DNA of 64,000 nucleotides from Candidatus Spongiisociaceae bacterium (GTDB lineage Bacteria; Actinomycetota; Acidimicrobiia; Spongiisociales; Spongiisociaceae): the NCBI GenBank assembly GCA_965262915.1, contig OZ253564.1, forward strand, positions 4,991,039 to 5,055,038, read 5' to 3'. Shown here in pieces: positions 44,957 to 55,190 of the stretch. The position numbers and the translations under genes were made by a program. Position 1 is the first letter of the stretch, and each line of letters begins with the position of its first letter. The notes beneath the pieces were generated by a model that worked only from the letters and a program-made list of their open reading frames with translations, had not been told where the DNA came from and did not search any database.

Positions 44957-45361
44957 TTGATAGACTCCGAACCGCCAAGACGAGAGGAGAACCCATTGGC
45001 GGGCACGACCGAGTTCTTGATCGTGGCGCCGATCCTTCCCGGGAAACTGGAGGCGTGGCGCCAAATGATGCGGGAGGTCACAGGACCCCGATATGAAGAC
45101 TGGGCCGACCACCACAAGAGGATGGGCGTTTCGCGCGAGGTAGTCTGGGAGCAACGGTTTCCCGACATGGACATTGCGATCGTCAGTATCGATGGGGTCG
45201 AACCGCAGCACATTCTCGAGAAGATGACCGCATCCGATCATCCTTTCGATATCTGGTTCAGGGACACGATCATCAGCGTCACCGGGTATCTGGAGACTGC
45301 CCCTGACGGGCTTCCACCACCCACCCTCGTAGGCAAGTTCGAAGCCGAGATACAACAATGA
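44957..45361 (+). CDS. Hypothetical protein
   Basis: Globular-looking ORF (PILPGKLEAW...E..W.Q...HPFD.WF) directly upstream of the enolase-family gene; start uncertain. Confidence 0.6.
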   Translation: MIDSEPPRREENPLAGTTEFLIVAPILPGKLEAWRQMMREVTGPRYEDWADHHKRMGVSREVVWEQRFPDMDIAIVSIDGVEPQHILEKMTASDHPFDIWFRDTIISVTGYLETAPDGLPPPTLVGKFEAEIQQ

Positions 45362-45392
45362 CGCTCTCGCCTCGTGTATCGGCCGCGGTCGT

Positions 45393-46556
45393 ATGAAGAT
45401 AACCAGGATCACGGCTATATCTCTTGGCTATACGAAGGTCGATCCGGAGATGTACCGTAGCTTCGCTCTCGTGAAGATCGATACTGACGCCGGCCATGTT
45501 GGATGGGGAGAAGCAAGCTCCTCCTATGGCCATTCGTATCCGACGGTCGTGCAGACCATCGTTGATGATGTGCTAGCCGACATGCTGCTCGGTAAGAACC
45601 CATTGGCAATCAGGGCACGGCTTGCTGAGATGCATCTATGGCTCGACGGGTATCTCGGATGGGACGGGGTATCGGCACAGGTAATCGGGGCCATCGAGAT
45701 CGCTCTATGGGACATCTTCGGAAAGGAGCACGATGTCTCGATTGCAGCAATACTCGGTGCCGGATTGGACAGTCTTCCTCTGTACGCTACCGGCACAACC
45801 TCCTTCGACGTAGACCTCGGCTGGCACGAGACATACTTCGATGACATTCTCGATGCCGGCATCAAAGGCATCAAGGTACGACTGGGAAACGATCCCGACC
45901 GAGATCTCGAACTCATTGCCCGGACGAGGCAAGTCATAGGCGATGACTGCAAGCTTATGGCCGATGGCTACTGGACATACACACTCCGTGAGGCGATTCG
46001 CTTGGCCCAAAACATGGAACCTTACAATGTGAACTTCTACGAGGAACCCATCCCTCAATATATGCTCGGGGGACTCGCCGAGCTTCGGGCCGCTTCTCCG
46101 ATACGAATCGCGGTTGGTGAGCGAGTTTTCTCTCTTGCCGGATTTCGAGATGTGATACATCATCGAGCAGCAGATATTCTCCAGCCCGATCCGACGGTTT
46201 GCGGGGGAATACTCGCATGCATGGAGGTGGCAGCGTTGGCGAAGGCACACGATCTAGCCGTGGTCCCTCACGTCGGAGGCCTGACTGCTGTAGGCGTAGC
46301 GGCAGGTCTTCACCTGGCTGCCGCCATCGAGCCGGAGCTGCTCGAGTACGACCCGGATCCGTATCAGCCGTTACGCGACGATTTGCTCGTTGATCCTATC
46401 TTCGGCATGGATCGTGTCGAGAACGGGCACATGGCGGTCCCGACCGGCCCCGGGTTGGGAATCACGATCGACGAATCGATATTGGAAGCCTACCCATACG
46501 AACGTGGAACCCTCTACCAGGAAGTGTATCCCGAGCACGGCGCAGGACGCTTGTAA
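45393..46556 (+). CDS. Mandelate racemase/muconate-lactonizing enzyme family
   Basis: TD.G.VGWGE, IALWDI.GK, K.R, LMAD, YEEP, GE, QPD..CGG, PH, P.GPGLG. Confidence 0.92.
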   Translation: MKITRITAISLGYTKVDPEMYRSFALVKIDTDAGHVGWGEASSSYGHSYPTVVQTIVDDVLADMLLGKNPLAIRARLAEMHLWLDGYLGWDGVSAQVIGAIEIALWDIFGKEHDVSIAAILGAGLDSLPLYATGTTSFDVDLGWHETYFDDILDAGIKGIKVRLGNDPDRDLELIARTRQVIGDDCKLMADGYWTYTLREAIRLAQNMEPYNVNFYEEPIPQYMLGGLAELRAASPIRIAVGERVFSLAGFRDVIHHRAADILQPDPTVCGGILACMEVAALAKAHDLAVVPHVGGLTAVGVAAGLHLAAAIEPELLEYDPDPYQPLRDDLLVDPIFGMDRVENGHMAVPTGPGLGITIDESILEAYPYERGTLYQEVYPEHGAGRL

Positions 46557-46673
46557 CCAACGGCCGCTCGACCGTTTGTAGTCAACTCCCTCAGCCGGAC
46601 CCTACTACCACCCTCGCCTACAACGTTGAAATCGCCTAAACACTCGGGTTCCTTTTCACAGCACGTCGCGGTG

Positions 46674-47636
46674 TTACATCGGCGAAAATGCGTCTTGTGC
46701 CTCCAGGGCGTCGAGTACAGCCAAGTAGGCCAGATCCCGCTTCCGGAGTACTTCGCGCTCCGACCGGCCGCCATAGTCGTAGAAGCCTCGGCCCGTCTTT
46801 GGCCCGTAGAAGCCTCGATCGACTACATCCTTGAGGTAGGGCGGGACTGCAAGCCCCATCTCCGTCGTTCCTTCGGCTATCAGGTCGAGTCCATTGAAGT
46901 CGAGACTTTGGAATAGCCCGACGAGCCCGAGCCGCACGCCCACACTGGTCTTCATGACGAAATCGATGTCCTCGATCGTCGCGGCACCGTCATCTATCAA
47001 TTCCTCCGCCGCAGCGCCCATCGCCATCATGATCTTGTTGGCGATAAAGCCAATCGCGAACCGCTTCATCACGAGCGGCCGCTTGCCCACTCGACGAAGT
47101 AGGCCGGCCGTCCACTCGAGCGCTTCGCTCGATGAGTCGGGTCCGCCGGCGACCTCCACGAGCGGGATTATGTACGGGGGCATGATCCAATGGGCACAAA
47201 CGAACCGCTCGGGTTTGGAGGCCGCCACCTGAGCGAATATGTCCAATGCGGAGGTGTTGCTCGCCAACACCACATCGGGGGCGGCAGCATCCTCGAATAC
47301 ATCGACGACAGCCTGCTTGGTGGAGATCCTTTCGTTCACCGCCTCCATCGCGAATTCAGCTCTTGCCGCGGCTTCCGCCAGCGATGTAGTCGGATGCAGC
47401 CGTCCCAGGACGGCAGGGATCTCGGTGGAGTCGAGACGGCCTGCATCGACCAGTATTCCCAGGTTGGACTCCACCAACTTGGGAACACGGGTGAGGGCGG
47501 CTTCGTCGAGATCAACGAGATCCACATCGATTCCGGCTTGTGCAAAGACTTGGGCAATCGAATGTCCCATCGTCCCGGCGCCCACCACGGTAATCCGCTG
47601 TACTTCATCCGGCACAGGTCGCATCACCTTCACCAT
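46674..47636 (-). CDS. 3-hydroxyacyl-CoA dehydrogenase family
   Basis: VGAGTMG, EAVNE, LASNTS, AHW..PP..IPLVE, GFIAN. Confidence 0.9.
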   Translation of the reverse strand: MVKVMRPVPDEVQRITVVGAGTMGHSIAQVFAQAGIDVDLVDLDEAALTRVPKLVESNLGILVDAGRLDSTEIPAVLGRLHPTTSLAEAAARAEFAMEAVNERISTKQAVVDVFEDAAAPDVVLASNTSALDIFAQVAASKPERFVCAHWIMPPYIIPLVEVAGGPDSSSEALEWTAGLLRRVGKRPLVMKRFAIGFIANKIMMAMGAAAEELIDDGAATIEDIDFVMKTSVGVRLGLVGLFQSLDFNGLDLIAEGTTEMGLAVPPYLKDVVDRGFYGPKTGRGFYDYGGRSEREVLRKRDLAYLAVLDALEAQDAFSPM

Positions 47637-47655
47637 AGCCGTGCATATCGTTTGG

Positions 47656-48429
47656 CTAGCCGACGAGGGTCTCCAAGTGGCCGTCTATGGGAATCACCGC
47701 CCCCGTGATGCCCGCACTCAGCGGGGAGCACAGGAACAGCACAAGGTTCGCGATCTCATCAGGCTCGATGAAGGTTCGAAGCGAAGCCTGCCTCTTCCAT
47801 TCGTCGGACACCTCCTCGAAAGGAACACCCCGTTGGTCGGCCAGATCGTGCATCACCCGGTCGAGCCGGGGACCCGCCACGCCTCCCGGACACACTGCAT
47901 TCACCCGGATCCCGTATGGCCCGAGTTCGGATGCCCAGGTCTTCGTCAGCCCGAGCACCCCCCATTTGGCGGCCGCGTACGGGCTTCGTAGCGGAGAGCC
48001 GTACAGTCCCGAGACAGATGACATGTTGACGATGCTTCCTGAACCCTCCCTCTTGAGAAGTGGCACCGCTGCCCGCGTGCTGAGAAAGGCGCCATCGAGG
48101 TTCCCACTCAGACATGCCCGCCAATCCTCGAACGAAAGTTCGTCGACCGGGATCGTAGGACCGCTCGGCCCGGCGTTGTTGACAAGGGCATCAAGCCCTC
48201 CGAGTCTCTCCACCGCATCGTCGAACAACCTCCCGACGTCCTCTTCCGATCCGACATCGGCCAAGGTAGCGGAGATATCGGGCGCTTCCTCCCGGGCTGC
48301 TGCCAAAGCCTCCGCATCGATGTCGCATATATGGACTCTGGCGCCTGCATCGACGAACCGCTCCGCTACCGTGCGACCGATCCCGCGTGCAGCTCCTGTT
48401 ATGACAACCCTCGAACCCGACAACCGCAT
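47656..48429 (-). CDS. SDR oxidoreductase
   Basis: TGAARGIG, NNAG, Y.AAK, IRVNAVCPG. Confidence 0.93.
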   Translation of the reverse strand: MRLSGSRVVITGAARGIGRTVAERFVDAGARVHICDIDAEALAAAREEAPDISATLADVGSEEDVGRLFDDAVERLGGLDALVNNAGPSGPTIPVDELSFEDWRACLSGNLDGAFLSTRAAVPLLKREGSGSIVNMSSVSGLYGSPLRSPYAAAKWGVLGLTKTWASELGPYGIRVNAVCPGGVAGPRLDRVMHDLADQRGVPFEEVSDEWKRQASLRTFIEPDEIANLVLFLCSPLSAGITGAVIPIDGHLETLVG

Positions 48430-48694
48430 CGTCCCATGACCTCCTATGACGTCGCCGACGAAGAATAATCCAACACCCTTCATCAACCGATGTAAGAGGT
48501 ACTTCCCCAGGTGAGCAGCTACCCGCGCATTCTCCTAAACAGACGATCCCGCCTGCCCACAACTCGCTTCACGCCGCGCCTCTCGTTGAAGCAAGGACTA
48601 TGCCGCCCCCGACCGCAACGCAGGGCGGCGGCGTCGCCACGGTGCGTCTGTACAATGGTTGGCGGACCGACTCATCGCACTTCGGGAGGCCTCG

Positions 48695-49600
48695 ATGATC
48701 AGCGTCGATTGTCATCTACATCTCGGCGTGACGCCGAGCCAGATACCGGAATGGTGGATAACAGAGATGTATCGACCATATGGGGGTGGGGCTGCAGACA
48801 CGTATGACGGGAAATGGATCGTCGACCTATTGGATCGTTCGGGCGTCGATGTCGGATTGGTCCAAGGCGGAGACATGCGGCGCATAACGTACCATCCGGA
48901 TTATCCGACCGAGCACGACGTGTTCGTCCCGAACGACTACACGGCAGAGCAGGTGGCCCTCTTCCCGGACAGACTAAGAGGAGTGGCGGTCATCGACCCG
49001 ATACGAGATGTACAAGCGGCGTTGGAAGAACTCGATCGGTGCGTCCACGAGTTGGATTTCCGTGCACTGAAACTGCTGGGATCGTACCTCCACTTCTCGC
49101 CGAACGACCGGGGGCTGGATCCTATCTATGAGAAGTGTATCGAGTTGGGCATACCTGCGCACTTCTTCACCGGGTGGACCCCGATACTCACTGCGAAGCT
49201 GGAACATGCCGATCCCGTACTACTGGACGAAGTAGGGCGTCGCTTCCGAGATCTCAAAGTAATTGTTGCGTTCGCCGACCCGTGGATCGATCAGTGCCTC
49301 CTGCTAGTGGCCAAGCATCCGAACTTCCACGCCGACATGTACCACTTTGCCGAGTTGGGGCCTGAGCCGTTGTTCGAGATACTGGACCGCTTTCGTTCCC
49401 TATCTGCCCTCGATCGGGTGCTGTACGGATCGAATAACAGCGACAAGGTACGAGTCGGCCGTGAAGAAGCCACCGTGCCGGATGTCTATTGCAGCGTGAA
49501 CCGAGTCGCTGAGGAGAGAGGAGCTGAGCCGTTTACCGACGAAGAAATGGCCGCCATCATGGGCGGTACTGCAGCGTATCTGTACGGGTTGGGAGGCTAG
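48695..49600 (+). CDS. Amidohydrolase_2 family, paralogue 1
   Basis: DCHLH, PND, LDPIYEKC, HPNF, LYGSN. Confidence 0.88.
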   Translation: MISVDCHLHLGVTPSQIPEWWITEMYRPYGGGAADTYDGKWIVDLLDRSGVDVGLVQGGDMRRITYHPDYPTEHDVFVPNDYTAEQVALFPDRLRGVAVIDPIRDVQAALEELDRCVHELDFRALKLLGSYLHFSPNDRGLDPIYEKCIELGIPAHFFTGWTPILTAKLEHADPVLLDEVGRRFRDLKVIVAFADPWIDQCLLLVAKHPNFHADMYHFAELGPEPLFEILDRFRSLSALDRVLYGSNNSDKVRVGREEATVPDVYCSVNRVAEERGAEPFTDEEMAAIMGGTAAYLYGLGG

Positions 49601-49604
49601 CCAA

Positions 49605-50477
49605 ATGATAACGATCGATTGTCACCTGCACGTTACAGAAGTACCGGAGCACGCCCCTGAGTGGTGGATACGAGAGATGTACGCACCCTGGGGAGGAGGA
49701 GTCGGTTCCGTCGATGGTTCTGCGATCGTCGAGCATCTGGACGCCACCGGATTCGACGTCGGGATGATTCAAGGTGGAGACATCCGACGCACGACCTACC
49801 ACCCTGATCACCCACACGATCGCCGCGTCCTCGTTCCGAACGACTACGTTGCCGGCCAAGTTGCCCTGTATGAGGGCCGGCTATACGGAGTCGCGGCAAT
49901 GGATCCCCTCCGAGACATCCCGGCGGCGGTACTCGAGTTGGAGAGGTGCGTCAAGGAACTGGACTTCCGGCTCCTCAAACTCGTCCCCACCTACCACCAC
50001 TACTCTCCGAAAGACCCGCAACTGGACCCGATCTACGAGAAGTGCCTCGAGTTGGACCTGCCGGTGATGATCCACATGGGATGGACCACCACCATCAATT
50101 CGGCCATGGAGTTTCAAGACCCGATCCAGTTGGATGAGGTAGGACGCCGGTACCGGGATCTCAAGGTGATCGTCGCGCACCTGGGATATCCGTGGGTGGA
50201 TGAAGGCATCGCCGTCGTAGCCAAGCATCCGAATTTCTATGCGGAGATGGCGGGTTGGACCGCCTGGGGACCGGATGTACTGGCCGGGGCATTCTGCAAG
50301 CTCAAGGAACTCGGCGCCATCGACCGCGTCGTGTATGGATCGGACAACACCGACGCCCGGGACCTGTATCGCGACGCCCGCCGGATTGCCCATAGCCGGG
50401 GGACCACGATTACCGATCAGGAAATGGCCGCCATCATGGGCGGTACGGCTGCGAGACTCTTCAATGTCAGCGCATAG
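49605..50477 (+). CDS. Amidohydrolase_2 family, paralogue 2 (canonical ligands)
   Basis: DCHLH, IHMG, AHLG.P, YGSD. Confidence 0.9.
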   Translation: MITIDCHLHVTEVPEHAPEWWIREMYAPWGGGVGSVDGSAIVEHLDATGFDVGMIQGGDIRRTTYHPDHPHDRRVLVPNDYVAGQVALYEGRLYGVAAMDPLRDIPAAVLELERCVKELDFRLLKLVPTYHHYSPKDPQLDPIYEKCLELDLPVMIHMGWTTTINSAMEFQDPIQLDEVGRRYRDLKVIVAHLGYPWVDEGIAVVAKHPNFYAEMAGWTAWGPDVLAGAFCKLKELGAIDRVVYGSDNTDARDLYRDARRIAHSRGTTITDQEMAAIMGGTAARLFNVSA

Positions 50478-50537
50478 CCGGAGAGCCACATCCGGCCGTT
50501 CGGGTGTCGGCTCAACGGAAGGACCGAGAAGCTGGAC

Positions 50538-51347
50538 ATGGCCGTCGCGGACCTGAGCAATCGAACAATCGACCAGTTGATATCGCTGGACGGAAGAACG
50601 GCGGTGATCACCGGTGCAGGTCAGGGTATCGGTTATGCAATCGCTCGACGGTTCGTCGAGGCCAGAGCCCATGTGCTAATCGCGGATCTGGACCGAGAAC
50701 GTGCCTCGGAGGCAGTCAAGAGCCTGACGAGTGACCTGGCGGTCGCGGCCCACGTAGATGTCACCGATCGACAATCGGTAGTCGCCCTGGCGGATCTCGC
50801 AGTCGCCGAGCTGGGCGGGATCGACATATGGGTGAACAACGCAGGTATCTACCCGGATGAGGCTCTGCTCGATGTCGACGACGATCAGTGGAATCGCGTT
50901 CTGGATGTCAATCTGCGAGGCACCTACATCGGTGCCCGAGAGGCAGCAACTCGAATGATCGCCCGGCAGCGGGGCGGCGTCATCATCAACATCTCGACAG
51001 CACCCGGGTACGTCCGCGAAGGCGCTCCACACTACGTCGCTTCGAAGCTGGGCGTCGTAGCTCTGACCAGGCGCATGGGAGCGGAACTTGGATCGCATGG
51101 TATCCGGGTCGTATCGCTTGCACCGACGGTGATCCTCACTCAAGGAATGGAGGAGTCAGCTGCCCTGGGCGGCTGGAGCCTCGACGACCTGGCCGAGGAG
51201 ATGAGCCGGGATCTGCCACTCGGCCGCGCCGGCGTCCCCGACGACGTAGCGCGGGTTGCCTTGTTCTGTGCATCTGACCTGGCGGGTTTCGTCACCGGAT
51301 GCGAGATCCGCGTTGACGGTGGGGACAAACTCGGCGGGCAAACCTAG
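50538..51347 (+). CDS. SDR oxidoreductase
   Basis: TGAGQGIG, NNAGI, YVASK. Confidence 0.92.
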   Translation: MAVADLSNRTIDQLISLDGRTAVITGAGQGIGYAIARRFVEARAHVLIADLDRERASEAVKSLTSDLAVAAHVDVTDRQSVVALADLAVAELGGIDIWVNNAGIYPDEALLDVDDDQWNRVLDVNLRGTYIGAREAATRMIARQRGGVIINISTAPGYVREGAPHYVASKLGVVALTRRMGAELGSHGIRVVSLAPTVILTQGMEESAALGGWSLDDLAEEMSRDLPLGRAGVPDDVARVALFCASDLAGFVTGCEIRVDGGDKLGGQT

Positions 51348-51738
51348 TGTCCTGAATCAGAAAATCGTTACAGATACCCGGAAGCGGGCTGAGCAACCCA
51401 CCCGCCCGATTCCCAATAACGAGAACGCCGAAAAACGCCCGAACGGACCACTTCCGTGGGCCCGCCCCCGCCGCCACCTCCATCGGTCCCCGACCGCGCT
51501 CCCCTCATCCCCCGGGAGGGTCGGCGCGAAGCATTGTGATCCCTGCCCCGGTCCGCTTGACGTCGGAAGCGAACCGGTGGTGTATACGGCTATCAAACAT
51601 ATACAACGTGGATGTGACAGGATCAACCCTTTCGTGGCAGCCGGTTACCTGGAGAGGGAGGACCGGGGTCCGGTCGGGGCCGTCGGCAGTCCGATGAAGC
51701 TGTATTCACCACAACGAACTTGAGATTCGGGACACTAG
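51344..51738 (+). mobile_element. ~400-bp IR-bounded repeat, family C, copy 2
   Basis: IRs CTAGTGTCCTGAATC / GATTCGGGACACTAG. Confidence 0.78.
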
Positions 51739-51832
51739 GAGAATGCTGAAAACGGGTGGTGGTTGGCCCGTCGTCGTGACCAGGCATTCTGTCACCGGCC
51801 GACGGGCCGACATGGGGGTTTTCACCCCTCTC
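51739..51832. mobile_element. MITE family B, copy 3
   Basis: GAGAATGCTGAAAA end, CTAG/CCAG flanks, GGCCCGTC..GACGGGCC hairpin. Confidence 0.75.
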
Positions 51833-51974
51833 CCAGCCGTACACGGAGAAAGCCTCTCGCCGAGGCGAGGATCGACGATAGGCGACACGTAATGACCGCC
51901 GCTCGATTGCCGCTACAGTGCCGAGCCATCCCCACCGGGAAGAGCCCGGACCCGGAACGATCAGGAGCACCCCA

Positions 51975-52877
51975 ATGGTTACCGTCGACTGCCACCAGTA
52001 CATCGGACTGACGCCGAGCCAGGTTTCGAAGTGGTGGATGGACGAGATGTACCTTCCCTACGGGGGCGAGGGAGTTTCCCGGTATGGCAAGGACATCGTC
52101 GACATGATCGACGAAGCCGGAATCGACATCGCAATCGTGCAAGGCGGAGACATCCGTCGCACCACCTCACACCCTGATCATCCCGGCGACAACAACGTGT
52201 ACATTCCGAACGAGTGGGTCGCCGAGGAGGTCGCCAAGAGCCCGGATCGGCTACGCGGTCAGGTGACATTAGATCCGTTACGCGATCCGCGAAAGGCCCT
52301 CGCCGAAACCGAACATTTCGTGACCGAGCACGGGTTCGTCGCCTTGGCACTCAAGACCGCATACCACGACCATGCCATCAACGACCGGCGGGTGTACCCC
52401 TTCTATGAAAAGTGCGTCGAACTCGATATTCCGGTAGATCTCTTCACCGGATGGACACCGATCATCAACGCGCCGCTCAAGTATTCGAATCCTATCCTGC
52501 TCGATGATGTGGGGAGGGAGATCCGAGATCTGAAGGTTGTTTTCTATCTGGCGTTTCCGTGGGTTGACGAAGGAATCGCGGTTGCCGCACGTCATCCCAA
52601 CTTCTATATGGATCTGGCGTGGTTCGGCGGTGGTAGCCCGGAGCAGTTATACGACGTACTACTGAAACTCAAGGACTTCGGTGCCATAAACAGGGCGCTT
52701 TACGGATCGGACGGCAACGACAAAGTCCGGATCGGGAAAAACACTGCGACAGTCCCTGAACTATACGCTGCCGTGAACGATGTCGCTGCACGGCGGGGTA
52801 CTGCCGAAATCACTGACGAAGAGCTAAATGCCATCATGGGCGGCACCGCCAACAAGCTCTACAAGCTTGGACGGTAG
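51975..52877 (+). CDS. Amidohydrolase_2 family, paralogue 3 (lacks HxH)
   Basis: DCHQY, DLFTG, YGSD; AGGAG RBS. Confidence 0.85.
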   Translation: MVTVDCHQYIGLTPSQVSKWWMDEMYLPYGGEGVSRYGKDIVDMIDEAGIDIAIVQGGDIRRTTSHPDHPGDNNVYIPNEWVAEEVAKSPDRLRGQVTLDPLRDPRKALAETEHFVTEHGFVALALKTAYHDHAINDRRVYPFYEKCVELDIPVDLFTGWTPIINAPLKYSNPILLDDVGREIRDLKVVFYLAFPWVDEGIAVAARHPNFYMDLAWFGGGSPEQLYDVLLKLKDFGAINRALYGSDGNDKVRIGKNTATVPELYAAVNDVAARRGTAEITDEELNAIMGGTANKLYKLGR

Positions 52878-52915
52878 AACTCAGCAGCCGGCGACGGTAT
52901 GCAATCGGCGGGGAG

Positions 52916-52942
52916 GCTGCCTCCTCATAGAGAGGAGGCAGC
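52916..52942. terminator. Hairpin between convergent genes
   Basis: GCTGCCTCCTC-5 nt-GAGGAGGCAGC perfect 11-bp stem; no U tract. Confidence 0.55.
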
Positions 52943-52967
52943 ACTCAAGCCAGCCGAAGGACTACAT

Positions 52968-54167
52968 CTAGCACTCCAGCAGTGAGGGTCCGCAGCCTGC
53001 ATACGCAGACTCGAGAATTGAGATGTCGTATACCGTCGCAGCGTCGGGAATCGATTCAAGCCCGGTTGCCGTTTGTACATAGCCGTTCTGAATGTTCTGG
53101 ATCTGGTCGAGATCGAACCAGAACAGACCCTTTTCTTCGGTAAGAAGGCTGGTCATCAAGGGGATCTGTGCCTCGTGGATCGGGAATTGGTCCTCGGGGA
53201 CCAAGCCGAGATCGACTCCGCCCCACGTGTTCATGACGAGGTCTATTGCGTGGGCAGGATCATTGAAGGCAGTCTCCCAGCCTCTGATGTTGGCGCGAAG
53301 GAACCCCACGACGGCCTCGCGGTTGTTATCCAGGAACTCCCTCGTCGTGAAGAAGAGGTCCTGGTAGGCGGGCAAACCCATCTCGCTGAACGTCCAACTG
53401 ACGTTACAGATCCCTTGAGCATTCAACGGGAGCGGATGGCTGTTCACCCAGATCAGCATGCCATCGACCGTTCCATCGACTACGGGCGACATGTCCCAGC
53501 CAGCCGGAACCAACTCGTACGTCCCGGGCTCCAGCCCGTTGGCGACGAGCAGCGCGTCGATCAGGAATCCGTCAGTAGTGCCACCTGCAATCTTCTTTCC
53601 GGCGATGTCGGCGGGCGAGTTGATCGGGTCGTCGCAGAGCGAGCCTATACCCGTCGGGTCGGATTGCATCCTGACGCCGAACACCACGTAGTCGGCACCC
53701 TCGGACATGGCCAGCGCGAGCGAGAACGGATCCGTGATCCCGATATCGGCAGCTCCTCCCGCGACCACTTGCGCGGAATTGGGCACGTTGGGACCACCGT
53801 GCTCGATCGAGACGATGAGGTTCTCCTCGTCGAAGAAGCCGTGCTCAACCGCCTCGTAGAGTCCCATGAAACCAGGATCGGCTATCCAGCTCAGCCTCAA
53901 TCGGATCTCGGTGGGTTCGGCAGGTGCGGCAGTCGTGGTCGTCGCCGCGGCTGTGGTCTCGGTCATCTCGGCAGTCGTCGTCGGGGCCGCGGCTGTGGTC
54001 CCGGTCGTCTCGGCCGGCGCCGCCGTCGTGGTCGTCGCAGCCGTCGGCGCGGACGTTGCCTGTGTGGTCGGCGTGTCGGCAGTGTCGCCGTCTCCGCAGG
54101 CGGAAGCCGCGAGCGCCAGGAGCGCAAGCACCGCCAGCCACCTGACCAGATTCCGATGGGTCATCAT
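52968..54167 (-). CDS. ABC substrate-binding lipoprotein, NMT1/THI5-like
   Basis: Lipobox ASAC, Thr/Ala linker, LSW......G.Y.A...GFF.EENL.V.I..GGP. Confidence 0.88.
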   Translation of the reverse strand: MMTHRNLVRWLAVLALLALAASACGDGDTADTPTTQATSAPTAATTTTAAPAETTGTTAAAPTTTAEMTETTAAATTTTAAPAEPTEIRLRLSWIADPGFMGLYEAVEHGFFDEENLIVSIEHGGPNVPNSAQVVAGGAADIGITDPFSLALAMSEGADYVVFGVRMQSDPTGIGSLCDDPINSPADIAGKKIAGGTTDGFLIDALLVANGLEPGTYELVPAGWDMSPVVDGTVDGMLIWVNSHPLPLNAQGICNVSWTFSEMGLPAYQDLFFTTREFLDNNREAVVGFLRANIRGWETAFNDPAHAIDLVMNTWGGVDLGLVPEDQFPIHEAQIPLMTSLLTEEKGLFWFDLDQIQNIQNGYVQTATGLESIPDAATVYDISILESAYAGCGPSLLEC

Positions 54168-54347
54168 CCGTCCCTCCTCAAGGTCGTCGAACCCGCACAT
54201 TCAAACACGGACGGGATCAATCATATCCCAGACGAAGGTGCGCTGAAATCCCCGGAAACGACGCCGACACGTCCCCGGTAAGGCAATCCCGTCTCGGCGA
54301 GGGTTGTCACCGGGTGAGGTACCTATGGATGCAAGCCCGGCACTCGG

Positions 54348-55190
54348 TCAAGTCCAGCGCTCGAGACCCCGCTCCTCAACCCGGCTGGCGACTGCGTAGG
54401 AAAGGATGGACAGAGCGACGATGACGATCGCCGCGCCCCAGGCGCGGTCGACATCGAACCGACTGAACGAGAGCGCGAACAGCCAGCCCAGGCCCCGGAC
54501 ACCGGTCAAGTACTCACCGATGACGGCCGCAACGAACGAGACTGCCGCGTTGAGTCGGAATGCTACGAGAAAGTTCGGCACTGCGGCCGGTACGGCGAGG
54601 TTCCGAAGCAGCGCCTTGCGCGGCGCACCGAGACTGCGGAAGACATCGAGCGAGCCCGGCGGCACGGCTCGCAAACCAGAAGTCACGAGGACGAACGTCG
54701 GGAACATCGACACCATGGCCGCTACGGCCAGAACCGTCATTGGTGAGTAACCCAGAACCCGAGCCATTATCGGGATGGTGGCGACGATGGGAGCGGAGTA
54801 GAACAGGATCATCGACGTCGTGAGAAGGCCCCGGAGTACGCGGGACAACCACACGGCGACGGCGGCGGCTACACCGATGGCGGTTCCGATCACCAGACCG
54901 GCTGCGGACTCTATGACGGTCCGCCAACCGAACGACCAGTATTCGGCCGGCGCCGACCAGATGTCCAGGGCCACGGCGGTCGGAGCCGGAATCACGAGCC
55001 TGTGCACTTCACCAAGGGTCACCCAGGCCTGCCAGACAGCAACCACGAGGACATAGGGCCATATGGCGACGAGGAGGCGTCGCGCCCATGAGAGACCGAT
55101 TGACAGTAGGGACTCCGGGGGAGCCGCTCGGAGGCTCGCCTCCGCAGACGGACTCTCCACCTTGGCTGACCCTTCATCGGCGTGTGGCAT
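54348..55190 (-). CDS. ABC permease (SsuC/TauC type)
   Basis: P.P..V, FP......GL, AVIGEY..G..GLG; TGATG coupling to the upstream gene. Confidence 0.88.
   Translation of the reverse strand: MPHADEGSAKVESPSAEASLRAAPPESLLSIGLSWARRLLVAIWPYVLVVAVWQAWVTLGEVHRLVIPAPTAVALDIWSAPAEYWSFGWRTVIESAAGLVIGTAIGVAAAVAVWLSRVLRGLLTTSMILFYSAPIVATIPIMARVLGYSPMTVLAVAAMVSMFPTFVLVTSGLRAVPPGSLDVFRSLGAPRKALLRNLAVPAAVPNFLVAFRLNAAVSFVAAVIGEYLTGVRGLGWLFALSFSRFDVDRAWGAAIVIVALSILSYAVASRVEERGLERWT

Noticed and set aside
53925-54075. Repetitive GTCGTCG/GCCG tract
   Set aside because: Encodes the ordinary Thr/Ala linker of the lipoprotein.
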